This document shows, piece after piece, positions 39,867-51,390 of a DNA stretch of 64,000 bases. How positions within the stretch are numbered: the stretch's first letter is position 1; every line of letters begins with the position of its first letter. The notes under the pieces were generated by a model. It made no database searches. It was given only the letters and a program-made list of their open reading frames with translations, and was not told where the DNA came from. A program made the position numbers and the translations under genes. The stretch comes from an uncultured Planctomycetaceae bacterium (lineage in GTDB: Bacteria; Planctomycetota; Planctomycetia; Planctomycetales; Planctomycetaceae). The stretch spans positions 1,216,001 to 1,280,000 of the forward strand of contig CAWFAK010000005.1 of the NCBI GenBank assembly GCA_963813715.1, written 5' to 3'.

Positions 39867-41131
39867 ATGGCCGCTCCGCTTCAACTGCCGATCATCCAGA
39901 ATTGGAGTTGCCACAATTGCGGCGGCTGTTGCCGGCAGCATCTCATTGAAATCACGGCGGAGGAACGGCAACGGATCGTCGACCAGAAATGGACGGCGGC
40001 CGATGGAATCCCCGCAGACCCGGCGCCGGTCGTCTGGTTCGCCGGACCGCCTTGGAAGAAACGCTATCGCCTGGCCCATCGGCCCGACGGCGCCTGCGTT
40101 TTCTTGAACGAGCAGGGACTGTGCCGGATTCATGCGAAGTTCGGCGAGCAGGCCAAGCCGCTGCCTTGCCAGCTCTATCCGTACGCCTTTCATCCGGGCG
40201 GCCGCAAGGTCGCGGTGAGCCTGCGATTCAGTTGCCCGTCGGTCGTCGCCAACCGGGGGACGCCGGTGGGCAAGCAATTGGACGCGCTGAAATCGCTCGC
40301 CGCCCAGGTCGTGCCGGCACACGCCGACGCGAATCGAGCCGCCTCGAATCTCGCCGCGCACCCGAGTCGACTGGTCCGACTTCGCACGCTTCGTGCAGGC
40401 GATCGACGATGTGCTTGCCGAGGAAGGGACGCCGTTGACCGCGCGTCTGCTGCAGGCCGTCGCACTCGTGCGGACGATTAATGAGGCCAAGTTCGCCGCC
40501 CTCCGGGGCAGCCGGCTGGTCGAGTTCTTGGAATTAATATCCGGAGCGACTCGCTCGGAGCCCGGCGCGGAAAAAACGGAGCCGCCCAGCCGGGCCGGAC
40601 GGCTGCAATTTCGCATGCTGGCTGCCCACTACGCACGACGTGACACCTTCGAGGATGCCGCCCGAGGTTGGCGCGGCCGAGTGCAGCTCTTTCGAGCAGC
40701 GCTGACCTTCGCTCGTGGCAGCGGCACCGCGACTCCTTTGCAGCCTGCGTTCCGAAAAGTTGCCTTTGCAGCACTCGAGGAACCGTTCGGCGGACTCAGT
40801 CCCGAAACCGACGCGATGCTCACGCGGTATTTCCGCGTCAAGGTGCAGGGGCTGCACTTTTGCGGGCCGGCCTACTACGACGTGCCGCTGGTGGAAGGGT
40901 TTCTACAGCCTCGCGATTGTTTACCCGGTCGTCATGTGGCTGGCCCGCTGGCTGGCGGCCAGCGATTCGCGCAATAAGCTGGTGACCGACGACGTGGCCC
41001 GCGCGCTGGCGATCGCCGATCACCATCACGGTTATTCGCCTGTGTTGGGAAGCCGCTCGTCGCGACGACGGATCCGCCTCTTGACCCACGACGACGATCT
41101 GGAACGGCTGATCGTCTGGTACTCGCGTTAG
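39867..41131 (+). CDS. YkgJ-type cysteine cluster protein (FliB-like) (frameshifts ~40330, ~40900)
   Basis: WSCHNCGGCC, GACVFL..GLCRIH, KPLPCQLYP, SCP. Confidence 0.85.
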
Positions 41132-41241
41132 TGCTGCGAGCACTCCAGTGACGCGACGAATCTATAAAGTTTCCCGACGATTTACGCCGCGGCACCACTA
41201 CAGCTGGATGGAAAGCGCTCTAGAATAGTCGGCAACCGAAC

Positions 41242-41733
41242 ATGGAATACGAGCCGTTCGCCAATCCGTTGCAACCGCACGAGCGCTGGATGCAAGCCGC
41301 GCTGGGCGAGGCACGTTCCGCCTTCGAAGCGGGCGAGGTGCCGATTGGGGCCGTCATCGTCCACGAGGATCGGGTGATCGCGGCCGCCGGGAACCAACGC
41401 GAGAGCCTCAACGACCCAACCGCTCATGCCGAGATGATCGCAATCACGCAGGCCGCGCAAACGCTCGGCTCCTGGCGCCTGCTCGACTGCACGCTCTATG
41501 TCACGCTCGAACCGTGTCCGATGTGCGCGGGGGCGATCGTTCAGGCCCGGCTGCCGCGAGTCTATTATGGAGCCACCGACCCCAAGGCTGGTGCCTGTCA
41601 CACGCTCTTTGAGTTGACCAGTGACATTCGGCTCAATCATCAGGCGATGGTGATTGGCGGCGTGCTCAAGGAAGAATCGCGAGCACTGCTGCAAGAATTC
41701 TTCGCCCAACAACGTAAGCTCGGCAAGAAATAG
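41242..41733 (+). CDS. tadA: tRNA adenosine(34) deaminase
   Basis: [31 protein letters not shown]. Confidence 0.95.
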   Translation: MEYEPFANPLQPHERWMQAALGEARSAFEAGEVPIGAVIVHEDRVIAAAGNQRESLNDPTAHAEMIAITQAAQTLGSWRLLDCTLYVTLEPCPMCAGAIVQARLPRVYYGATDPKAGACHTLFELTSDIRLNHQAMVIGGVLKEESRALLQEFFAQQRKLGKK

Positions 41734-43242
41734 ATGGCTGAAGCCTGTTATCTGGGAGTCGACCTGGGAGCCGAAAGCGGCCGCGTGATGGCCGGACTGT
41801 TCGACGGCCGCCGCGTGCGGCTCGAGCAGATTCATCGTTTCCCCAACGGTGGCGTGTCACTCGGCACGACCTTGCGTTGGGACGTGCTGCGGCTCTGGTC
41901 GGAAATTCAAGACGGCTTGAGCCGGGCGGCGAGCAAATTCGGCGACGACATCGTGTCGGTGGGCGTCGATACCTGGGGCGTCGACTATGTTCTCTTATCG
42001 CGAAACGGCGAGATCGTCGCTCAGCCGTTCCACTATCGCGATTCGCGAACGGACGGCGCCCTGGCGCACGCCTTCGGCCGAGTGCCCAAACGGGAAATTT
42101 TCGCCCAGACCGGCCTGCAGTTCATGGAGTTCAACACGCTCTTTCAGTTGCTCGCCTTTCAGCGGTCCAATCCCGAGTTGTTGGCCGCCGCCGATCGCCT
42201 GCTCTTGATGCCCGACTTTTTTCACTGGTGTCTTTGCGGCAGCCGCGTGATCGAATTCACCAATGCCACGACCACGCAATGCTTCCACGCGATCGACCAT
42301 CGCTGGGCCTTCGATCTGCTCGCGCGATTCGGCCTGCCTACGGCGATCTTTCCCGACGTCGTTCCACCCGGCACGCAGCTCGGCAAACTCCGCGACGGTC
42401 TCGCCGCCCGCACCGGGCTCAAGCGGATCGAAGTCGTCGCTCCGGCAACGCACGATACGGGAGCAGCTGTCGCCGCCGTCCCCACGCAGTCGACCGGCAC
42501 GCCAAATTGGGCGTACATCAGCTCGGGCACCTGGTCGCTGTTGGGGGTCGAGGTGCAACAGGCGGTGCTGAGCGAGCGGGCCCTCGAGCTCAACGTCACC
42601 AACGAGGGGGGCATCGATCGCACCTACCGCTTGCTCAAGAACATCATGGGTCTGTGGCTCGTGCAGGAATGCAAGCGATCCTTCGAGCGGCGTGGGAAGA
42701 GCTACGACTATGCCGAGCTCACTCGGCTGGCCGGTCAGGCGCGCCCGTTGCGATCGCTGGTGAATCCCGACGATCGCGCCTTTCTCAAACCGGACGATAT
42801 GGCCTCCGCCCTGCAAAAGTGGTGCGGCGACTTCGGCGAACCAATCCCACAGGACGAGGGCGCGCTGATCCGCTGTGCGCTCGAGAGCCTGGCGTTCCGA
42901 TATCGCATGGTGCTCGAGTGGCTCGAAGAACTGACTGGCACACGCATCGAGGTGTTGCACATCGTCGGTGGCGGCTGTCAGAACGAGTCGCTCAACCAAT
43001 TGACGGCTGACGCATGCGGCCGTCCGGTCATCGCGGGTCCGGTCGAAGCCACCGTTCTGGGCAACGTCCTGATTCAGGCTCGCACGCGAGGCGAACTGAA
43101 GAGCCTCGCCGACCTGCGCCAGGTCGTGCGTGAATCAAGCGTACTCAAAACTTACGAGCCTCGTGCGACGGCAGCCTGGAACGACGCCTATCCCCGCTTC
43201 ATCGATCTCGTCGCTCGATCAGCTCGAAACGCGGCAGTTTGA
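41734..43242 (+). CDS. rhaB: Rhamnulokinase family sugar kinase
   Basis: [38 protein letters not shown]. Confidence 0.9.
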   Translation: MAEACYLGVDLGAESGRVMAGLFDGRRVRLEQIHRFPNGGVSLGTTLRWDVLRLWSEIQDGLSRAASKFGDDIVSVGVDTWGVDYVLLSRNGEIVAQPFHYRDSRTDGALAHAFGRVPKREIFAQTGLQFMEFNTLFQLLAFQRSNPELLAAADRLLLMPDFFHWCLCGSRVIEFTNATTTQCFHAIDHRWAFDLLARFGLPTAIFPDVVPPGTQLGKLRDGLAARTGLKRIEVVAPATHDTGAAVAAVPTQSTGTPNWAYISSGTWSLLGVEVQQAVLSERALELNVTNEGGIDRTYRLLKNIMGLWLVQECKRSFERRGKSYDYAELTRLAGQARPLRSLVNPDDRAFLKPDDMASALQKWCGDFGEPIPQDEGALIRCALESLAFRYRMVLEWLEELTGTRIEVLHIVGGGCQNESLNQLTADACGRPVIAGPVEATVLGNVLIQARTRGELKSLADLRQVVRESSVLKTYEPRATAAWNDAYPRFIDLVARSARNAAV

Positions 43243-43300
43243 GCGCGCGTCCGAGAGTTTGAACCGCCCTCCTACCCCCCACCGCTCAGGAACCCGCCCG

Positions 43301-44038
43301 GTGTTCGATGCGACCACCGTCCATGTCATCTTCGTCATCTTCTTCGCGACGCTGATTCGCTCGTCGTTCGGATTCGGCGAGGCGCTGATTGCCGTTCCTC
43401 TCCTGTCACTGCGTCTGCCGGTCGCCGTCGCTGCTCCCCTCGCCGTAGCCGTATCAGTCATCATCGCCGGCGTCATCGTGGCGCAAGACTGGCGTAAGAT
43501 CGAAATGCGCAGTGCGGCCGGACTGGTGCTTGCTGCCTTTTTGGGAATTCCGCTGGGTCTCCTGCTGCTGACGCGAGTCGACGATCACCTCGTCAAATTG
43601 CTCCTGGGCGTCGTCATCGCCGGATTTTCGCTGTACTCGCTGACGGCTCGACTCAAGCTGCACCTGGAACATGACCATCGCTGGTGGCTTTTGGGCTGCG
43701 GATTTTTTTCGGGAATTCTGGGCGGGGCGTACGGCATGAATGCTCCGCCGCTGGTGATTTATGGGTCGCTGCGACGCTGGTCCCCGCAGCACTTTCGCGC
43801 CACCCTCCAGGGCTACTTCTTGCCGGCCAGCCTTTTGGGACTGATCGGTTATTGGGCCGTCGGGCTCTGGGTGCCCGAAGTCACAGGCTATTTGCTGCGC
43901 TCCCTGCCGGGCGTGCTCGTGGCGATCGTGATGGGGCGGGCCATCAACCATCGTCTCAGCGGCCATCAGTTTTTTCGCTACGTCTATCTGGGCCTGCTTG
44001 TAATCGGCGCTGCCTTGGTGATCCAGGCGGTTTACTAA
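43301..44038 (+). CDS. TauE/SafE family membrane exporter
   Basis: SSFGFGEALI, GGAYGMNAPP, FRATL; about 8 TM segments. Confidence 0.88.
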   Translation: MFDATTVHVIFVIFFATLIRSSFGFGEALIAVPLLSLRLPVAVAAPLAVAVSVIIAGVIVAQDWRKIEMRSAAGLVLAAFLGIPLGLLLLTRVDDHLVKLLLGVVIAGFSLYSLTARLKLHLEHDHRWWLLGCGFFSGILGGAYGMNAPPLVIYGSLRRWSPQHFRATLQGYFLPASLLGLIGYWAVGLWVPEVTGYLLRSLPGVLVAIVMGRAINHRLSGHQFFRYVYLGLLVIGAALVIQAVY

Positions 44039-44173
44039 GTGCGAGTCTCTTCCTGTGAATCCGAAATTTGCGCGATCTTTCCTGCCGGCATCGGGGTTTG
44101 ATTAGTGGCCAATTTCCGACCAAAGCCTGGTTTTGGGCCCCGCCAGGCGGGTAGGGGCCGGGGTTTACCCTAA

Positions 44174-44202
44174 TTGACGGGTAATCAGCGCCGTCCCATA
44201 CT
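44174..44202 (+). promoter_or_regulatory. Putative sigma70 promoter for the kinase-WD40 gene
   Basis: TTGACG-N17-CATACT. Confidence 0.55.
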
Positions 44203-44256
44203 CAGATTCGCGCTTTAAACCATCTCCGTTCCGTTCTGTTCCTCCGGGACGAGCGC

Positions 44257-47200
44257 GTGACGCCCAAAGGCCGCGACGCCAAGTCGCAAACCGATGGCAC
44301 GGAGCCCTCGTCGAAGGGCAACTGCCTCGAGACTCGAACTTACCCGTTTTCCGAAAGCGGAAACGCCGGTGACGTGAGGGGTGCAGCCCTCAAGATTCGC
44401 CGTTTCGAGATCCTGGACGAGATCGGCCGCGGCGGGCACGGCGTCGTTTTCCGAGCCAACGACCGGGTACTCCGCCGGCTGGTCGCCCTCAAGCTGCCGC
44501 GACCCGAGGTCCTTCGCTCCAAAGAGATGCGACGGCGGTTCGTCGCAGAAGCGCAGGTCGTCGCCGCGCTGGATCATCCGAACATCATCAAGGTGTACGA
44601 CGCCGGTTTTGAGTCGGCCGTCTGCTATATCGCGCAGGAACTGTGCAACGGTCCGTCGCTGGCGAAGTGGCTCATAGAGCAGCCGGCAAAAATCCCGGCC
44701 GATGTTGCCGCGTGGGTCCTGCTTGGCCTGGCCCGCGGACTCGAGCATGCCCATCGACAGAATGTGCTGCATCGCGACCTGAAGCCCGCCAATGTCCTCC
44801 TGAAACCGCATTTCGGAGATTCCCCCGACGAAGTCCTGGAAGGACTCAGCGATCCGGGAATGAGCGGCATCTTCAAGGTCTTCCCCTACACACCGAAGCT
44901 TGGCGACTTCGGGATCTGCAAGGCCTTCGACTTCGACACCGAAATGACGGGGACACGCACGGGACTCGTACTGGGGACCGCGTCGTACATGGCACCCGAG
45001 CAGGCCGTCGGCACGGCCTCGGAGCTGGGACCGCAATCGGACATCTATTCGCTCGGGGCGATTCTCTACGAGATGCTCACCGGGCAGCCGCCGTTTCGAG
45101 GGATGTCGTCGGCCGACGTGCTAAAGCAGGTTCTCGTCGATCCGCCGGTTTCGGTGCGCGCCACGCGTCGCGACGTGCCGGCCGAGCTCGACGCGATCTG
45201 TCTGAAGTGCCTGGAGAAGTTACCCACCGACCGTTACGCGACAGCGGCGGAGCTCGCTGACGACCTCCATCGCTTCTTGGCCGGCGAACCCGTGCGAGCG
45301 CCGCGCAAGAGTTTCTTGTACCGATTCGCTAGGACGATCGGGCTGCCGAAGCGATCGATCCGGCTGTCGTTTGCACTGTCGGGGTGGGTGCTCGTGTTGC
45401 TTATGCTCGGGCTTTACCTCCGCGCACCGAAAGGCACGCGCGACTGGGCGGATGCCTCAGTCGCCGATAGCGAGGCGGCCGTGATGGCCGACGTGCATAG
45501 CGCCTTCAATCTGTGGCACGAAAATGCCGAGCGGCTGCGCGACAACCCCAACGTGGGCGACGAGATGACGGCGCTGCTCGAGCGTCATAAGCCCAAGCCA
45601 GGCGACGTCGACCGACGGGGATTCGGCTGGCACTACGCCTGGCGGCTTTGCCATCCGGCAGAGTCGGTGGGCACGTTGAACCGGATCGCCACCTTCAAAG
45701 CCCACCCGAGCGACGTTTACTTTGTCGCTTTTTCTCGGGACGGCAGCCGCTTCGCTACAGCCGGGGGCGACGGAACGGCCCGTGTTTGGAACGCTAAGAC
45801 CCGAGAGCCGATCTGCGTTTGCACAGGACACAAAAGCGAAGTCAACTGGGTCGACTTCTCGCCCGACCAGCGCCTGCTTGCCACGGCAAGCGACGACCAT
45901 GACGTCAAGATCTGGGATGCCGCGACGGGAAAAGAGCTGTTCACGCTGCCCGGGCATCAGAGCGAGGTCGTCGCCGTCCGTTTCAGTCCTGTCGGGAATG
46001 TGATCGTTTCGGGCGACCATCAGGGTGTGCTCAAGCTTTGGGATCTCACAACCCGAAAGCTGATCAATTCGGTGCAGGCCCATGGCAAGCGGATTGAATC
46101 GCTGGCTTGGGGCATGAGCGGCCACATGCTGGCCTCCATCGGCAACGATCACGCCGTTCGCCTCTGGGAAATGCCTGGAATGTTCCGGCACTCGGAGAGC
46201 GAAACGACCGAAAGCCAGTGCGCGTCCTTCAGCCCCGTTGCCAACCTGCTCGCCTGCGGCGGCGGCGGGACGATCCGTATCGATGACGTGCACAGCGGCG
46301 GATGCTATGCGACGTTCTCCGATCACTTCGACCACATTGAATCGATCGCCTTCTCTCCCGATGGTCGGCAGCTGGCCTCCTGTGATGGACATGGCTTCCT
46401 GCGGCTGTGGGATGTCGCTAGCCGCCGCGGTTGGCAAGCCGCGCCGGTCCGTCAGCGCACCCTGCCGAACGGAGAAGTCGTCGGCGTCGGCCTGTGGTGT
46501 GTTGCCTATTCGCCCGATGGAACGCAGCTCGTCACGTCGGCCCGCGACGGGGTGGTCGATGTCTGGGATGCGTCGAATACTCCGCAATGGACCACGGTGA
46601 CACGTTGCGAGTCGGCCCAATCGGCCATTCCGCTCGCCTTCTCGCCGGACGGCAAGCAGCTCGCCGTCGCGCGGCGCTGCACGAAACACGTCGACGACCG
46701 CTTGCAAATTTGGGACGTCTCACTGGCGCAATCCAAGCTCGTGCGTGACTTCCCTGGCGTGACCGGACATGCGGCCTGTTTTTCCCGCAATGGGAAACAG
46801 CTCGTCGTTGGCATGCCCGGCAAAGTCGAGGTTTTCGATCCGCATACCGGCGAAAGCCGATTAAAGATCCCGCTGGCGGGAGAGACCGTCGCCTCGTTCG
46901 TCACGTTCGACGCCCATGGTTCGCTGGTCGTTTTGGAGAATGGCGCCAAAAACTCGGCGATCGACGTCTTCGATCCGGAGACCGGGACCAAGCTCCGCTC
47001 GATTACGGACCCGTATTTCGCCGCCAGCGGAGTGCACGAGTCGGGATTTTCAGTCTCCGCAGATGGAAATCTGTCGGCCGTGGCCGCCCGGGGTTCGCAG
47101 CTGACAGCGCTGTGCCAAATTTCGGCTGGCAGTTTGCTTCCCAATCGGCTCGGAGAACGAGGGGGAACCGGGGCGCTGCAATTCTCTCCCGTCGGAAACC

Positions 47201-47601
47201 TGCTGGCGATTGGCTCGTGCGGTGGAGTCGAGCTTTGGGATCCGCAAACGGGCAAAGAACAGGCATTTCTATCCGGGCTCGGTCGGGACGTCGGCCCCCT
47301 GGCCTTCTCCGCCGACGGTCGACTGCTGATCGTGGTTTCGCGGCAGCTGCGGGCGGTGCAACTGTGGGACGTCAAGGACCGCAATCCGCTCTTCACGCTG
47401 CCACTGCCGGCCGACGCGGCCGCCCACGCGGCGGATTGGCATCTGGCGGTTGCCCCCGATGGCAAACAAATCGCCTGCTCGCTGTGGAGTTCGGACGGCA
47501 CCGGGGGCATCTATCTGTTTTCGGGCACGCCGGCCGAACTCGCCGTGCGCGACGATTCATCAGTGGCCCTCGGCGAGCCGAATCCCGACGGTCGCGACTG
47601 A
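44257..47601 (+). CDS. Ser/Thr protein kinase with a TM segment and C-terminal WD40 repeats
   Basis: GRGGHGVV, HRDLKPAN, DFG, YMAPEQ; many GH...FSPDG...WD repeats. Confidence 0.95.
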   Translation: MTPKGRDAKSQTDGTEPSSKGNCLETRTYPFSESGNAGDVRGAALKIRRFEILDEIGRGGHGVVFRANDRVLRRLVALKLPRPEVLRSKEMRRRFVAEAQVVAALDHPNIIKVYDAGFESAVCYIAQELCNGPSLAKWLIEQPAKIPADVAAWVLLGLARGLEHAHRQNVLHRDLKPANVLLKPHFGDSPDEVLEGLSDPGMSGIFKVFPYTPKLGDFGICKAFDFDTEMTGTRTGLVLGTASYMAPEQAVGTASELGPQSDIYSLGAILYEMLTGQPPFRGMSSADVLKQVLVDPPVSVRATRRDVPAELDAICLKCLEKLPTDRYATAAELADDLHRFLAGEPVRAPRKSFLYRFARTIGLPKRSIRLSFALSGWVLVLLMLGLYLRAPKGTRDWADASVADSEAAVMADVHSAFNLWHENAERLRDNPNVGDEMTALLERHKPKPGDVDRRGFGWHYAWRLCHPAESVGTLNRIATFKAHPSDVYFVAFSRDGSRFATAGGDGTARVWNAKTREPICVCTGHKSEVNWVDFSPDQRLLATASDDHDVKIWDAATGKELFTLPGHQSEVVAVRFSPVGNVIVSGDHQGVLKLWDLTTRKLINSVQAHGKRIESLAWGMSGHMLASIGNDHAVRLWEMPGMFRHSESETTESQCASFSPVANLLACGGGGTIRIDDVHSGGCYATFSDHFDHIESIAFSPDGRQLASCDGHGFLRLWDVASRRGWQAAPVRQRTLPNGEVVGVGLWCVAYSPDGTQLVTSARDGVVDVWDASNTPQWTTVTRCESAQSAIPLAFSPDGKQLAVARRCTKHVDDRLQIWDVSLAQSKLVRDFPGVTGHAACFSRNGKQLVVGMPGKVEVFDPHTGESRLKIPLAGETVASFVTFDAHGSLVVLENGAKNSAIDVFDPETGTKLRSITDPYFAASGVHESGFSVSADGNLSAVAARGSQLTALCQISAGSLLPNRLGERGGTGALQFSPVGNLLAIGSCGGVELWDPQTGKEQAFLSGLGRDVGPLAFSADGRLLIVVSRQLRAVQLWDVKDRNPLFTLPLPADAAAHAADWHLAVAPDGKQIACSLWSSDGTGGIYLFSGTPAELAVRDDSSVALGEPNPDGRD

Positions 47602-47661
47602 CGCGGCGAAAGCGATCCCGCACGCCAAAGGCGCTGCGAAGAAGCGCACCAGAAGTCGCGG

Positions 47662-48003
47662 TCAATAGCGCGGGAGCGTCGAATCGACTTCTTGCGACCA
47701 GCGATCGATGCCGCCGGCGAGGCTGCGCACATGCGGAAAACCGCGGCCGCGCAGCCAATTGGCAACTTGGCGGCTGCGGACGCCGTGATGGCAATAAACG
47801 ACGATTTCGGCATCCCGCACTTCGTCGAGCTCGCCCACTCGCAGCATCAGCTCGCTCATCGGCAACAAGCGGGACGCCGCCAACCGCACAAATTCATGTT
47901 CGTCGGGTTCGCGGCAGTCGAGCAAAACCAGCGGCTCACCGGCCTCCAGCCGCGCGTTGACTGTGCGACAATCGATTTCGAGCGACCCAGTTGGTTCGTT
48001 CAT
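47662..48003 (-). CDS. Rhodanese-like domain protein
   Basis: LLDCREPDE, YCHHGVRS, LAGGIDRWS..VD..LPRY. Confidence 0.92.
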   Translation of the reverse strand: MNEPTGSLEIDCRTVNARLEAGEPLVLLDCREPDEHEFVRLAASRLLPMSELMLRVGELDEVRDAEIVVYCHHGVRSRQVANWLRGRGFPHVRSLAGGIDRWSQEVDSTLPRY

Positions 48004-48151
48004 CCGGCGCTGGCTCCCTTCCCGAAAGGGGATTCGGGGAGTCATTATACAGTTCCCGAGGGACGATGCCGGTCGCGATCAACGGGGGTGCGCCTCACGG
48101 CGGAGGTGCGATCGGCCTGATCGAGTGGAACTCGAGCGAAGATCCGCGCCA

Positions 48152-50233
48152 ATGACGGTTACCCACGAACCCGATCCCATTCTGGCCGAACTGAATGAGC
48201 AGCAGCGGGCCGCCGCCGGTCATGCGGACGGGCCCTTGTTGATTATCGCCGGAGCAGGCACGGGTAAAACGGCCACGTTGGCCCATCGCGTGGCGTGGCT
48301 CGTCTCTCGCGGCACGGATCCGGGCCGCATCCTGCTGTTGACGTTCACCCGCCGAGCGGCGGCAGAAATGCTTCGCCGCGTCGATCACATCATCGAGCGA
48401 GCGGGTCGAAAACCGGGAAGCAACAACGCCGGCCCGGTCGCCCGTCGGATTTGGGGCGGCACCTTCCATGCGGTCGCCACGCGGCTCCTACGGCTTCACG
48501 CTGACGCTGTCGGACTGCCCCGCGCCTTCACGATTCTCGACCGGAGCGATTCCGAGGATCTGATGCAGGAGGAACGCGCAGCACGGGATTTGGGCGACTC
48601 GAAGACGCGGTTTCCGCTTAAGGGAACGTGCCTCGACATCTACAGCCGGTGCGTCAACTGTCAAAAGCCGCTCGTCGATGTGCTCGATACGGCGTTCCCC
48701 TGGTGCCGGATGCACTTGGACGCCTTGAAGGGCCTCTTTCACGCGTATGTCGACCGCAAAGAGACGCTCGCCGTCCTCGACTACGACGATCTGCTGCTCT
48801 ACTGGCACGCCCTGTGTAGCAAGCCCGAGACGGCAGCGCTCATTCGCTCGCGGTTCGACGCCGTCCTGGTCGACGAGTACCAGGACACCAACGCCCTGCA
48901 GGCCGAGATCTTAAGTGGCCTCACCCCCAGCGGGCAGGGACTTACCGTTGTCGGCGACGATGCCCAGTCAATTTATTCGTTCCGCGCCGCCACCGTGCGG
49001 AACATTCTGGACTTTCCGGCCCAGTTTCCCGGCACGACGGTGCTCGCGCTCGAGCGGAATTACCGCAGCACTCAGCCGATCCTCGATGCCACGAACGCCG
49101 TGATGGCCCAGGCGCAGGAGGGCTTTCGCAAGAACCTCTGGACCGATCGCAAGGACGGCTTACTGCCGGAGCTGGTCCACTGCCAGGACGAGGCGGAGCA
49201 GACGCAGTTCGTCGTGGCAGAGGTGCTACGCGCGCGGGAAACCGGCACGCCCCTCAAAGGACAGGCGATTTTGTTCCGCGCGGGCCATCACAGCCTCGAC
49301 CTCGAACTGGAGCTGGCGCGGCGGAATATCCCGTTTCAAAAATACGGCGGCCTGCGGTTTATCGAAACGGCCCATGTGAAGGATCTGCTGGCTTTTCTGC
49401 GACTGGCCGAGAACCCGCGCGACACGCTGGCCGGCGCCCGCATGTTGCAGCTGGTTCCCGGAATCGGGCCGAAGAAGGCGGCCCAACTCATGGCGAAGCT
49501 TGTCGACGCGCGGGGCGACTTCCGCGTGTGGAAAGACTTTGCGCCGCCGACGCAAGCGGGCGACACCTGGCCCGCGCTCGTCGAGATGATGATCGGCCTG
49601 GCCGCACCAGAGGCGCAGAGCCAATCGCTGGGCAGCCAGGTGCATCGGGTGCGCACACTCTACGCGCCGCTGTTGGAGCAGCGGATGGATCACGCGCAGG
49701 CGCGATTACGCGACCTCGAGCAACTCGAGATCGTGGCTGGACGTTTTTCCGATCGCTCGGATTTTCTCGCGGACATCACCCTCGACCCGCCCGCTTCGAC
49801 GCAAGAACTCGCCGCCGACCCGCTGCTCGACGAGGACTATGTCATCCTGAGCACGATCCATTCGGCCAAGGGGCTCGAATGGGACTCGGTTTACGTGATT
49901 CATGCGGCGGACGGCAACATCCCCTCCGACATGGCCACCACGTCGCCCGAAGAGATCGAAGAAGAGCGACGGCTCTTTTACGTCGCCCTCACCCGAGCTC
50001 GCAATCGCCTCTTCGTCTGTTACCCGCAGCGCTACTACTTCGCGAACCGTCGTCGCGGCGACGAGTACGGATTCGCGCAACGCACGCGGTTTCTGCCCGA
50101 CGAGGTGGCGGCTCTCTTTCAGGACCGCCTGGCGATCGAACACGACCCGCTCGTGCAGAAGATCGTCGAGGCGGCCTCAGCCCGCTTATCCTCCGCCGAA
50201 GTGCGTGAGCGTCTGAAGCAAGTGTTCGGCTAG
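48152..50233 (+). CDS. UvrD/Rep/PcrA family ATP-dependent helicase
   Basis: AGAGTGKT, TFTRRAA, VDEYQDTN, GDDAQSIYSFR, NYRST, TIHSAKGLEW, EERRLFYVALTRA. Confidence 0.95.
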   Translation: MTVTHEPDPILAELNEQQRAAAGHADGPLLIIAGAGTGKTATLAHRVAWLVSRGTDPGRILLLTFTRRAAAEMLRRVDHIIERAGRKPGSNNAGPVARRIWGGTFHAVATRLLRLHADAVGLPRAFTILDRSDSEDLMQEERAARDLGDSKTRFPLKGTCLDIYSRCVNCQKPLVDVLDTAFPWCRMHLDALKGLFHAYVDRKETLAVLDYDDLLLYWHALCSKPETAALIRSRFDAVLVDEYQDTNALQAEILSGLTPSGQGLTVVGDDAQSIYSFRAATVRNILDFPAQFPGTTVLALERNYRSTQPILDATNAVMAQAQEGFRKNLWTDRKDGLLPELVHCQDEAEQTQFVVAEVLRARETGTPLKGQAILFRAGHHSLDLELELARRNIPFQKYGGLRFIETAHVKDLLAFLRLAENPRDTLAGARMLQLVPGIGPKKAAQLMAKLVDARGDFRVWKDFAPPTQAGDTWPALVEMMIGLAAPEAQSQSLGSQVHRVRTLYAPLLEQRMDHAQARLRDLEQLEIVAGRFSDRSDFLADITLDPPASTQELAADPLLDEDYVILSTIHSAKGLEWDSVYVIHAADGNIPSDMATTSPEEIEEERRLFYVALTRARNRLFVCYPQRYYFANRRRGDEYGFAQRTRFLPDEVAALFQDRLAIEHDPLVQKIVEAASARLSSAEVRERLKQVFG

Positions 50234-50342
50234 CCGGCGTCCGCCTGAGCCGAGCAATTTCTTTATCGCTCTTTTTTTCAAAAGCGCCCCTCACACGTTT
50301 GCGATGGGGGGACGGTCCGGATATGCTGGCCCGTGTCCAATT

Positions 50343-50401
50343 TGTGGGTTTTAAGCCCAAACTGATCTTTGACAACTAGTTGAATGTGGGATTCGATCCC
50401 A
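50343..50401 (+). promoter_or_regulatory. mraZ promoter region with two TGTGGG-N7-CCCA palindromic boxes
   Basis: TTGACA (50369-50374)-N17-TTCGAT; boxes at 50343-50359 and 50385-50401, 42 bp apart. Confidence 0.55.
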
Positions 50402-50511
50402 TTAGGATGAATGTTGCGAAGAGCAGTCAGGAGGCTCAGCCGCAATTCTGCCGTTTGCCCGGGGCAGCAAGCGTAATCCGGGCGCGGCCCTGTTTTGCCT
50501 GAGATCTCTCG

Positions 50512-50994
50512 ATGGCCGAGTCTGCTTTCATCACCGGCGAGCATAAACGAACGCTCGATGAACGCAGCCGCCTGTCGCTGCCAAACGATTTCGCGTCCGC
50601 TGTCGCCGATGCCGAGGGCTGGTGCATCCTGGCCAAGGAACGGGCTGGCTGCTTAAGCCTCTGGCGCGGCACCGACTGGCAGACGCGACTCGACGACGGC
50701 GTCGAACTGATCCGCAAAAAGATCGATGCGGGCCGCATGGAAGAGCGTTGGACCGAGGTTCAACGTTTTGGCCGGCTGCTGTCGACGCGGCACACGCGGG
50801 TGCGGCTGGCGAATCGCTCGCGACTGCTCTTACCCGAACCGTTCCGAGAATTTCTTGGCGTGGCCGCGAACCAGGACGTGATGCTGGTGGGCGCGGTGAT
50901 CTGTGTCGAGATCTGGAACCCGGCCGCATGGCTGGACGTGCTGCGACAAGAGATGCCGGAATTCGGCCAGCTGTTTCGCACGCTGTCGCAGTAA
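50512..50994 (+). CDS. mraZ: MraZ-like transcriptional regulator
   Basis: [29 protein letters not shown]...VEIWN (two SpoVT/AbrB-like repeats). Confidence 0.85.
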   Translation: MAESAFITGEHKRTLDERSRLSLPNDFASAVADAEGWCILAKERAGCLSLWRGTDWQTRLDDGVELIRKKIDAGRMEERWTEVQRFGRLLSTRHTRVRLANRSRLLLPEPFREFLGVAANQDVMLVGAVICVEIWNPAAWLDVLRQEMPEFGQLFRTLSQ

Positions 50995-51390
50995 ATCGGC
51001 CGGCTTGGCCAGCTCAATCGGCGTCAAGCGGCCTCAGCTCTTTCTCAGCGCGCTCTGCAGCCAACTGGAACAGGTTCTGCCTCATACATTTGAGAAATCA
51101 CTGGATCGAAGCACACATGCCCGACCGGGATTCCCAAGCGAAGAAGCGAACACTCACTCACCCCAAAAACGCTCCGTGAATTTTACGACAAGCGTTCAGG
51201 CACCAAGGATGGCTTGTTCGGCACGGATGCCGCTTCTTCCACCGGTCGGGCATGTTGCTTTTCGAAGGGCGCGAAACGCAGGCGGAGAGATTTCTCTGCA
51301 CGCTCTCCCGGCATCCCGCTTTGGGCGCGCACTCACATTGCCCTGCGGCAAGCGCATCTTTAAGTTGCTGCGATCCCGCTTACCGCCCGC

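Noticed and set aside
41731..41736. tadA-rhaB abutting (TAG ATG) as a functional link
   Set aside because: The pathways are unrelated, and adjacency alone is not evidence.
44257..47601. Kinase-WD40 protein (and the LRR protein at 62756) as eukaryote-like novelty
   Set aside because: These architectures are well-known expanded families in planctomycetes.
51009..51176. Minus-strand frame with two in-frame TGA codons after mraZ (TGA recoding?)
   Set aside because: TGA is an ordinary stop in many genes here (rho, coaE, mreB, mnmA), and no SECIS or homology evidence is visible.
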